The notes under the pieces are model-generated. The model had not been told where the DNA came from. It saw only the letters and a program-made list of their open reading frames with translations, and searched no databases. Made by a program: the position numbers and the translations under genes. A stretch of 64,000 nt of DNA from Hormiphora californensis. Its lineage: Eukaryota > Animalia > Ctenophora. Below are positions 51,601 to 63,600 of this stretch, in pieces; position 1 is the stretch's first letter; every line of letters begins with the position of its first letter. Location: assembly GCA_020137815.1 (NCBI GenBank), contig CM035350.1:7006001-7070000 (forward strand), written 5' to 3'.

Positions 51601-54600
51601 CATGAATAAATGAGGATAACATTGAATTTTGGACAAAAGTTAACCTCACTTTTCTCCAAGACGGTGCACAAAAAATCGATTCTGAGCACATCATCTGGTC
51701 CGGCTCTTCGAGCCAGACCAGAGACCGAAAGTGACTTTTTATACCCCGGACCCCCCTCTGGCCTTAATTCGGTGCGGGTACACAAGTTACTAAGCCAGGC
51801 GCCCCGGCAATCTTGATAATCTGAGACCACCGTTCGATCTATACCCAGTTGTCCGGAATGAATAAATGTATGGACTGGGGTCCACTGATTCAACTACTCC
51901 ACTTTCCTGTACTCCCACTCCTTCTTCGCCGACGCCCGACAGGAAGTAGTTCCACATGGAACAGCGAGCAGCATCTCTCCCCGTATCCTTCACCAGTTTC
52001 CTCGGTCCACTACCTCTGAACCCTCGCCTGGAAGCTGATCTAGTCAGGCTGTCCGCTACCTGACCCCGAGACCCAACCTCCATTGCCATGTTGAAACACT
52101 TCCAACCATTAGCAGGGCAAATAAGCTGATCCCACCAGTTCACCGTCTTTATCTCTCGCGAGAATTCAATATAAGATCAGGCCTGCTTTGGTCTCAGGGA
52201 TAGAATGAAGCCAACCATTCTCTCCCCCATATCGTACAGGCTTCTCCAGCTGACTGTCAGGCTAATGCTTTGACCACAGTTCTCATGCGAGAAACGAAAA
52301 TGGGTCAAGCCAATACTCTGGCAGCCAGCTGAACACATGAATCCCATCGGGACCACATCCTCTCTCCAAGCCAACCACATCTGACTGAACGTCTATTGTC
52401 TAATTGCATTCTCTCTACTGCAGTCCTCTCTTGGTATAACCTCTTAAGAACTCTGTCGATCACAGCACCTATCGTCTCACTGTCCGACACCTTCTCCCAA
52501 GGATACGTCCCTGACAACGATATAATAACGTGTAATACGGCGTTATATTTCTTCTATAAGCAGGACTTCGTAATAGCCAGAGTTGCACCCCTAGTAGCCA
52601 GAGTTGTATACAACTGTGGCTACTAGCCAGAGTTGTAATAGCCAGAGTTGTAGTAGCCAGAGTTGTAGTGGCCAGAGAAGTGGGTAATCATCACAAACCG
52701 AATCTTATCATTATCACTGCGCTGGCAAGGTAGCCACATAGTTCTATCAAACCCACAGCTCACTGTTTTTTTATAAAACCTTCATTCCCGCAATTATCCA
52801 GGATTTTTAAACATCACGTACCCATTTTCAACTCAGGAGCCTTAAACCTCTACCTCCCAGGTCACTGAAACAAGAATTCAAGGATGTAGGAGAGCAGCTG
52901 CAGCTAAAAAGAGATCAGATTGTGTTAATGGAAACTCGACTGAATGACGCCGAACACAAACTAGCTGTCCAGAGCACTAGATCTGCCGAGATAAGGAGCG
53001 CTAATGATCTTGAGAATGCTGATGCCCGTCACAAATCTGTTAAACAGGTCGGTGGGATGTTTCTGAAACATATTATGAAACATGTTAAACTTCTGAAACA
53101 TGTTATACTTCTGCCAGCATCTTCTCAATTAGTTATAGGACTCCCTTGCACTGTACATATATTACCTGTCCCGTGCTTCTGCACCTCTATATATAGCGTG
53201 GGTGGCACGTCACAGAAAATAGAGAGAGATGGAGATAAAATGATGATGGATTTGTATCTTGAGTAGATCTGATGGTTCTGCGGCATACACGATCACTGTA
53301 ACACATCGACCACCCCTATACAATATCCCTTTCTCTGTTTGTTCCTTGCTCCCTGTCATTTCAACTTCCCATGTTAGCTCTCTTCCTCTTCTCCTCCCTA
53401 TCTTTCTTTTTGGTACTGCGCTATTTTCGCACCATCCAATCCCACCGCAGAGTGAGTCTGCACATCTTTGTTTATGAAATCACCCCTCCGCACAAGCTCA
53501 CGGAGGGGTGACTTCGTAACCAAGCACATCTCTTGTCTGATATATTGTCTAATTTCTATTGAGCTATATATCGCTTGCTTTACATACACTCTCCTCTCAG
53601 AAGCTGCAACGAGAAGTTGAGATGCTAGAAAACTCACTGGAGACAGCCCATGCAACCATTAAAACTCTCCAATCTCAACTGCCCGGCGGAGCGGACGCTG
53701 ATGCTATAGTCAAACAGGTAAGGATGATTTAAAGTTGGTAAAGCTGCCATCTGGTTGGTGCTATGATATACGAGGTGTTATGACTAACATTACAGTAACA
53801 CTCCTCCCTCTCCTTGAGTCGCCTGACACTATGTTCGTGCTTAGAATAAAAAGAAAGTATGAACAATTCAACTCTCTCCAGGTCCAGGATAACCAGGAGA
53901 AGTTGAAGAAGATGCAGGATGAGTATCGGAGACAAGTTGAGGACCTAGAAGTGGCATTATCAACCCAAACTGCCACCCTAACCCGCCGGGAGAATGAATT
54001 GAAGATGCTTCGTGAGCAGGTATCCCAGTTGGAGGGTCGGTTAGAGAGGGCTGCTACCTCCAAGGAGCAGGACCTGTCACATCTGAGGGCTGACAAGACG
54101 AGATTCATGGAGGCCAACCAGAAACTGGAGCAACAAAACCTGGAGTTGGTAACGTTGTGTGAGCGGGTTAAGGGTGACTACGAGCGGCAATCCGCCACTC
54201 TCACCGCTACTGAGGCTCAGTTCTCCACCTCGCGACACGAGTTAGGTATCAGAGAGGAGGAGGTAGGGAGGTTGGAGGACAAGGTGAGGAATCTGGAGGA
54301 AAGGGTGACTACTCTGAGGAATGAGAAGAGTGCTAGCAGTGCAGCTGCAGCCACCACACCAGATAGCTTGCTGGCGAGCAAGGAGGCACAGATTGGAGAT
54401 CTAGAGGAGAAACTGAATGAACAGTCAGAGAAATATCAGGTACTTACTTTTAATAGATCACATAGTTCGATCAGAAAATCAGTCTTTTCTGTATCACTAA
54501 TATCACTCTCTCCATGCGCTATATAACCAATAGATTATAATTATGTTTTCGTGAGATACTCGATTCTACTCGTTAGTCTCACAACTAATCGAAGAGTTTG

Positions 54601-57600
54601 AGTTTGTCCACCTTATAATTATAATGACAACTGATATCATAATTCCCCTTTAATTACCACTCTCTCGTCTCTCCTCTCGCCCCTCGTAATAATCATTATC
54701 CTTCAGGGCGAAATTTCAAAATTAAAATCTGACATCTGGCAGCTACAGACCGATGTAACTTCAGAAAAGGCCAACAAGAAGGCCCTCGAGGGAAAGTTGT
54801 CTGAGATGAATTTGAAGTTGGATAATTGTAATGCGAGCTATCAGCGAGAGGTAGGGGGTCTTATTGGTTAAGAAATCTAACCCGGCTCAACTCTTTGCGC
54901 GCTGGCAAGGGAGGGGCAACTTCGTTACCAACCTCGGCCAAGGGTCTTCCTAATTTATCACTGCACCGATTAATTTCTTTCTGAGCCTGAATACCTCTCT
55001 TCTGACTAAAACACATTCTTGTCTCTCTAGTTGGATACGAGTAAACAGCAGCTGACCACCTCGCGATCTCAATACGAGGACCTGAACCGGCGTTATACTG
55101 ACCTCTCCAACACAGCTAATGATCTGACCAAGAAAGTCCGACAACTTGGTAGGTGCTGCACATGGCTGTACTTGGTAGGTGCACATGGCTGTACTTGGTA
55201 GGTGCAAAACTTGTTCGATCCATTGCAACTAAACCTATTCTCGCTCCGCGAATAATGTATGTGAGATCGATCTCAGTCGCACGCGACCTTGATCTCACTC
55301 AGGTGTCAATGTCACCAAGTGCACAACTTGATCACGTACCAAACCTAGTCGTGTAGACTAACTCGATATTACTGAGAGTCAGACATACAATCAGTCAGCT
55401 ATAATATCTGGCATGTATCATGGGGGTGACTTTTGGGCATTGTTCGTACCATGTCAATCTCAAGATAACACTTGAATTGTTCAGAATTTCTTTTTATTCT
55501 GCGGAGCACGCACACAGTGTCATGCGGCTCAAGATAACGCTACTATTTGACCATACACAGCTCCATCATATTGATACCGATCTGTTTTTGGTGACGCGGT
55601 CACCCCTACACTAGTTGGCATCACCAAGATCTGTTTGGGGATATATTACCGCTACAGTCTAGCAGCTGTTGTTGTGACGATCCTTAGTCCTACTTGGAAA
55701 GAGAAAACTCGTCCCCCCCTCTTATTTTCTCTCTCAATGCCGTCCTTTCCGTGCCCTAATCTTCCTTTTTACATTCCCGTTCTCTCCCTACTTCCCCAGT
55801 GTTTCTCCGTCAACTACAAGGGGCTCGAGTCACTACACATGCTCTACGGGCGGGCACCCTTCTTTTGACAATAGACTTTTGTCTTTAAGATCCTTCGCTA
55901 GTTCTCTTTTCTATTTTTCTCTCCCTTTTTTCTTTCTCTCGCCCCCTGACCTCCATCCCAACGTACTACACATACCGCCATCCATCCCGTTTGATTGTTT
56001 TGTGTGCGTTACAGCACTCTTAGAACCTAGCATGCCCTCGTTTCGACGCCTCCTTACTTTTCGTCGCATCTCAACCTTACCAACACTTGATGAATGTAAA
56101 GGTGAACCACACTTTTACAATGTTGATTGAATGTTATTGTTTATCGAGGAGTGTCTGGTGAAGTCGAATATTTTGGGAAAGATAGAGGAATAATAATTTT
56201 TGTCGCGAAGCTTATAGAGTCAGCTGCATGACCGGCCCTAATTATGGTGCACCACAAAAGAGTAGTCCTATCCTTATAGGCCTGTTATAGCTATAGCTAT
56301 CCTCCCCCTTAACCTCCCTCTCTCACGTAACAAATGATAACCCTAAGTTTTGATTTCTCCTTCCGGCTGGACAAATGATAGACGGGTATTTTATTGTACC
56401 TTCACCCACGCCTCCCTCTCTCACGTAACAAATATAATTCATTGTAATTTACCTTCACCACCATATTATTTTCAGAGTTTGAGGTGGAGAGCAAGGCGAG
56501 GGAGATCCGAGATTTGAAGGAACAAGGAGCCGAGCTGGACAGGACAGTGAAGGCTCGGAATGCAGAGGCGGAGAGAATGATAGAGCGTAATGCAGAGTTA
56601 GATAAAGAGTTAACGGTTAGGAAGGAATGCTACTGATGTTAACGGGGAACTTAGTGAGCTCCTCCTCAACAAGGATAACCACATTCAGGTACATTACATA
56701 ACCACATTCACGTAACCATATTCAGGTATTAATCAAAGAAGAGATTGGTTAGCTCTTTAGAGTTATCTTTACAAAAGTTTTAAGTTTTGATAACTTGGGT
56801 TTTGACCTAATTAACGCTTTCTTGTTTATTGCCTCCGTTATACCCAAGAACTATTAATTCTAGGAGGTAGAACGAAAGCTAGCCCGAAGTGCAGAGCAGG
56901 TTGCTGACGCTAAATCGGAGGTCCGATCCCTCAAAGAACGGCTGACTTCTCTGGAGGATGAGAGAAGGAGGACAACAAATAGTGCCCGAGAGCTCCAGAA
57001 CGCTGCTGAAAGTGAGCTGGTCAGGGAGAGGGAGGTGCTACAGGATAAGAACAAGATGCTAAATGAGGAGGTGACAAGGTTAACGATGGAGATGACACAA
57101 CAGAGGAGAGGAATGGGAATGGTGGATGAGGGTCTTATGAAGAAAGTTAGAAACAGTGATTCTGATCTTGATGAGGTAATGTGATCTGTCATGTGATCTG
57201 TCATGTGGGGAATGGTAGACAGATACAGTCGGACCCCGATTTACCGGGATACTCGAGGGAAAGAGTTTTACCCGGCAAATCGGGGTGTACGGTATATCGG
57301 GGGCCGGTAAATCGGGGTCCAACTGATACAGTTGGACCCTGATCCTGCTATACTGACAGTAGGATCCGGTTAAGTATTAAGTACGGAGAGTTATAAAGAG
57401 AAGGAGGGGGTTGAGAATTGAAAACACTACCATGTAACCATTGTGAAGTACAATCATTCCACAGATGACTAAGAGATACAAGGTGTCCTCCGCTTTGCTG
57501 GACGAGAAACAGGAACAGCTGAAGACACACAAGGACGAGATAAGAATTCTGAGGATGACTATTGATAGTTACGAGTCCAAGCTGACCGACCAAAGCAAGC

Positions 57601-60600
57601 TGATAACTAGGTTGCAGAAGGAATTAACTGATGTAAAAGGTGAGGAATTACACTGTCATGCCAATTCTCTGACCACTGCTGTCAGGCCAATTCTCTGACC
57701 GCTGTTGTCAGGCCAATTCTCTGACAGCCATTACAGATATCAAGGAGAAGAGAGACTAAACTAGATCCAAAAACCAAACAAGTTTGGTGGATAGCCGGGG
57801 CCGCAGAAATTTAAAAACTTGCGAAAGTTTTGATATATGAACTTTCGGGGCCTGGGGTGCTGTTAAATTCGCGTTTCCATGATTATAACCAGCAACATTT
57901 TCGAACTATATGCCAGGAAAACTATCGCAATGATTGCAAGTTATCATTATTTTTGATTCCACATTATCATACATACAGCTCCACACATATCACGTATAAT
58001 ATACTGCACACAGTGGGTCGTTTCAGAGTCTGTTTTACAGAATAATAGTGTGTTTTGAAAGAACGGCTGACTATCATGGAAACGCGAATTTAACAGCACC
58101 CCAGGCCCCGAAAGTTCATATATCAAAACTTTCGCAAGTTTTTAAATTTCTGCGGCCCCGGCTATCCACCAAACTTGTTTGGTTTTTGGATCTAGTATCA
58201 GGCATTTTGTTATACTACTTAGCTGAGTTTAATAAATGTGGATTGGGGATTCACGGAATTTTTCAATCGCAGATATCCAATCTCGGATATCAATTGCGAA
58301 TAACGAATATGATAGTAATCGCGGACAACCTATCGCGGATAACTGATCACGAATCCGTTATAAGTTATCTGCGATTAATTATCGCGATTAGCTATCGCGA
58401 TTAGCTATCGCGATTAGCTATATTTGCGATTAGCTATCCGCGATTGGTAACTATCATATTACTCATTCGCGATGAGTTGTCGTGGTTAAGTAGTTATCCG
58501 CGATTACTATTATTTATTAGTTATCCGTGATTGGTTCTCCACGATTATTCTCTGATTTTGATTATTAGTTACTGATAACGATCAAGGATAAGCATTGATA
58601 ATCAAATATATCTGATACAATCAGGTTCTAGATGCTAATTCGCTCTTTTCTCGGTTTTTTCAAATCGTCTTATATTTAAGACAGTCATAACTCTAGATAT
58701 GACTACCCATTATAACTAAAAATGCGGCAGTAAACCTTATTTTATAAAATAAATCTGATTCAATGTTAATCTAGACTCTGAAACGCTTCTTTCTAGGCGT
58801 TTTCAAAATCGTCTTAAATTTAAGACAGTCATAAATCTAGATATGACTTCCAATTATATCTGAAAATACAGCAGTTGACCTACGTTGGCAAAATATATGT
58901 GATAAAATCATGATTTAAAGTTTAATTTGCTCTTTTCTAGGTTTTTTTGAAAATCGTCTTAAATCTTAATACAGTCAGATGCACGTAACTGAAGCACCGT
59001 AAGTCGGATTTGCTTGAAATTTTGAACGTGTGTTTGAGATGTCAAGGCAACACAACGTACCAAGCGGCGTGTTCGTAGAACGACGGGAAGGCTGTCTTAG
59101 ACGCCAAAGAAAACGTAAGACAGTCATAACTTTTGTTATGACTGTCCGTTTTCTCTGTCCAAGCTTTAATACAAGGTACACCACTAAACCTACCGACTCC
59201 CAAAGTTTCATGATGATAGCTTTAAAACTGTGACCTCCATCGTGTACGCAAAAAAGTCGTTACTTTACGGTGGTTCGTCACGCTAAAAACGGACATTTTG
59301 TCTAAAATACGACCATCTGTAGCGCAAAAACCGTAACTCCGATTTGCATGAAATTTTAAACGTGTGCTCTAGGTGTCAAGGCAACACGAACTACCAAGCG
59401 GCATGTTCGTAGGACAACGAGAAGGTTGTCTAAAACTAAGTTGAAATCGCCGATTTCAGACAATAAGTATAGTAGCGCTGTCAAAATTTTCAAAAATTTT
59501 CAAAAAATTCAAAAAATTTTTTTTCGCAATTTCGATTTTCCATTCAATGGAAGCAAGAATGCTTGGAAAATGGACATTTTTAAGGGAAGGATGGTTGGGG
59601 GGAGGGAGGATTGGGCCCCGTGCGCTTGCCAGCGCTATGATGATCTTCCTGTCCTCCCTTCTTGTAACCCCCCTCCCCCTGTTCAGGAACATTAGCGGTG
59701 AACCTGCTAGACGAGATCCAACATGCAACATCCCCCACTCCGCCACCCCCAGCCACTCTCACCACACCAGTAGAGAGACAGCCCTCTACCACTGCACTGA
59801 TAGAGGAGGATGTGAAGAATGCACTGCGGACTATTGATGAGGCCAATGCGTCATCTAGCTTTAGGAGGACAGCCACTGCTGAGAGTGAGGCGAGATACTA
59901 CGTTGCCCTAGCTGACTATAACGTGAGTTCATTCTTAGTTAACAAGATAATCACCCTTATATTAGTGTCTGTTTAGAGAGGGTTAGTACCAAACTATACA
60001 AATCAGTTTTTACAATTTGTCTGTTTAATTGGTTGCAAAGCAGATCAATGACATTCATTACAGCAGGCCATTAATTAGGTATAACCTTTGTTTCAGGCCC
60101 ACCCCGGAACCGATGAGATACCGATGAGGGAGGGTGATGTAGTAATTGTGTTGAGTGATGAAGTTAACGGCTTCTTTAGTGCAGAGGTTGAGGGAAGGAA
60201 GGGTCTGGTACCTGCTAACCTAGTTGGAGAATACACACCCAAACACCCCGTGAGTGGTACCAAGTTGATACACCTTATTCTCCATGCCAAGTTGCTCCAA
60301 ACAAATGCCCCTATATATTCTACAGCTCGCACAAAGCTATTTAACCCCACCCCTGAACACCCCCTCCCCAGGGTTCTGCTATCCCACTTGAAGCCTACCA
60401 ACACGCTGCCATGGATGCAGAAGAGGAAGACCCGATGAAGGGTCTGGATCCACCCGTAGACCCGGCTGCTATCTGGCTGCCTAACTCTAGCGTGTGCCTC
60501 ACATGGGAGCCCCCTCTACTGGTGGACGGACGGAATCAGGGTGTCATGGTTACCGGGTATAAGGTGCGTGGTAGACACAGTGACTGGGGGACTATAAGTA

Positions 60601-63600
60601 ACTAACTTACAAACAAGACAAACAGACACACGCTACAACCACAACGGGCTAACTGATGAGACTAACTGACACACAGTAAGATTACAAGACCATCATCAGA
60701 TAAAATATCTTCATCTAACTCCTTGGAATCTAACTCCTTGAACCTGTTCATGAGGATCACAGTACGAACATGGTTCAAGTATAAGCTTCCTCCCTCAGAT
60801 CTATGTGTCGGGTTCGGAGAAGTTGGTTGTATTTGGTCCTGACAGTAGGGAGGTTGTCCTAGAGAGGATGAGCACTCACTCCCTCTCTGACATCTGTATA
60901 GTGACAGTGGGAGCTGACCAACAGGAGAGTGTCCAGATGCCCATCAGCCTTCCAAGGCCGCCCCAGAAGGCGGAAATGCTCAAAGCTGTTCATGGTACGT
61001 GTTGTAATATCTATCATTTTCTTTGCAGCTGGCTTTGAGTGCCACCTACTATAATCACACGCTGCTTTTTGTGTGATCAGGGACTATTTCATTCATTCTT
61101 CTACCTCCTGATCCATGTCTTGTTGTCTCACCCCTTACTCAATAATCCAGGCCATGTGTTGTTGTCTCACCCCTTACTCAATAATCCAGGCCATGTGTTG
61201 TTGTCTCACCCCTTACTCAATAATCCATGTCTTGTTGTCTCACCCCTTACTCAATAATCCAAGCCATGTCTTGTTGTCTCACCCCTTACTCAATAATCCA
61301 TGTCTTGTTGTCTCACCCCTTACTCAATGATCCAGGCCATGTCTTGTTGTCTCACCCCTTACTAAATAATCCATGCCATGTGTTGTTGTCTCACCCCTTA
61401 CTCAATAATCCAAGCCATGTCTTGTTGTCTCACCCCTTACTCAATAATCCAGGCCATGTCTAAGTCTTGTCTCACCCCTTACTCAATAATCCAGGCCATG
61501 TCTTGTTGTCTCACCCCTTACTCAATAATCCAGGTCATGTCTTGTTGTCTCACCCCTTACTCAATAATCCAGGCCATGTCAATTGTTGTCTCACCCCTTA
61601 CTCAATAATCCAGGTCATGTCAATTGTTGTCTCACCCCTTACTCAATAATCCAGGTCATGTCAATTGTTGTCTCACCCCTTACTCAATAATCCAGGTCAT
61701 GTCTTGTTGTCTCACCCCTTACTCAATAATCCAGGTCATGTGTTGTTGTCTCACCCCTTACTCAATAATCCAGGCCATGTCTTGTTGTCTCACCCCTTAC
61801 TCAATAATCCAGGTCATGTCAATTGTTGTCTCACCCCTTACTCAATAATCCAGGTCATGTCAATTGTTGTCTCACCCCTTACTCAATAATCCAGGTCATG
61901 TGTTGTTGTCTCACCCCTTACTCAATAATCCAGGCCATGTGTTGTTGTCTCACCCCTTACTCAATAATCCAGGTCATGTCAATTGTTGTCTCACCCCTTA
62001 CTCAATAATCCAGGTCATGTCAATTGTTGTCTCACCCCTTACTCAATAATCCAGGTCATGTCAATTGTTGTCTCACCCCTTACTCAATAATCCAGGCCAT
62101 GTCTTGTTGTCTCACCCCTTACTCAATAATCCAGGCCATGTCAATTGTTGTCTCACCCCTTACTCAATAATCCAGGTCATGTCAATTGTTGTCTCACCCC
62201 TTACTCAATAATCCAGGTCATGTGTTGTTGTCTCACCCCTTACTCAATAATCCAGGCCATGTGTTGTTGTCTCACCCCTTACTCAATAATCCAGGTCATG
62301 TCAATTGTTGTCTCACCCCTTACTCAATAATCCAGGTCATGTCAATTGTTGTCTCACCCCTTACTCAATAATCCAGGTCATGTCTTGTTGTCTCACCCCT
62401 TACTCAATATCCAGGCCATGTCTTGTTGTCTCACCCCTTACTCAATAATCCAGGCCATGTGTTGTTGTCTCACCCCTTACTCAATAATCCAGGTCATGTC
62501 AATTGTTGTCTCACCCCTTACTCAATAATCCAGGCCATGTGTTGTTGTCTCACCCCTTACTCAATAATCCAGGTCATGTGTTGTTGTCTCACCCCTTACT
62601 CAATAATCCATGTCTTGTTGTCTCACCCCTTACTCAATAATCCAGGTCATGTCTTGTTGTCTCACCCCTTACTCAATAATCCAGGTCATGTGTTGTTGTC
62701 TCACCCCTTACTCAATAATCCATGTCTTGTTGTCTCACCCTCAATAATCCAGGCCATGTCTTGTTGTCTCACCCCTTACTCAATAATCCATGTCTTGTTG
62801 TCTCACCCCTTACTCAATAATCCAGGCCATGTCTTGTTGTCTCACCCCTCACTCAATAATCCAGGCCATGTCTTGTTGTCTCACCCCTCACTCAATAATC
62901 CAGGCCATGTTGTCTCACCCTCAATAATCCAGGTCATGTCTTGTTGTCTCACCCCTTACTCAATAATAATTCAGGTCATTTGTTGTTGTCTCACCCCTTA
63001 CTCAATGATCCAGGCCATGTCTTGTTGTCTCACCCCTTACTCAATAATCCAGGTCATGTCAATTGTTGTCTCACCCCTTACTCAATAATCCAGGTCATGT
63101 CTTGTTGTCTCACCCCTTACTCAATAATCCAGGCCATGTCAATTGTTGTCTCACCCCTTACTCAATAATCCAGGCCATGTGTTGTTGTCTCACCCCTTAC
63201 TCAATAATCCAGGTCTTGTTGTCTCACCCCTTACTCAATAATCCAGGCCATGTCTTGTTGTCTCACCCCTTACTCAATAATCCAGGTCATGTCTTGTTGT
63301 CTCACCCCTTACTCAATAATCCAGGCCATGTTGTCTCACCCCTTACTCAATATAATCCAGGCCATGTCTTGTTGTCTCACCCCTTACTCAATAATCCAGG
63401 CCATGTCTTGTTGTCTCACCCCTCAATAATCCAGGTCATGTCTTGTTGTCTCACCCCTTACCCAATAATCCAGGTCAAAGTATGGGCCAGAGTATGGGAA
63501 GTATGGATGTGAGTTCCCAGTTTGTGGTTGCACTTTACACATATGACCCCACCACGGACAGCCCTAACGACTATCCTGAGTTGGAACTACAGTTTAATGA

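Larger units (their letters stand above)
49864..52686. mobile_element. ~2.8-kb TIR element with ~115-bp TIRs built of CTACAACTCTGG repeats, containing retroelement fragments
   Basis: ACCCACTTCTCTGGCCACTACAACTCTGG... (49864-49977) is the reverse complement of ~52572-52686. Confidence 0.8.

Noticed and set aside
61039-63512. CRISPR-like array or repeat-protein ORFs
   Set aside because: Head-to-tail units with no unique spacers, no cas genes, and an intronic eukaryotic context.
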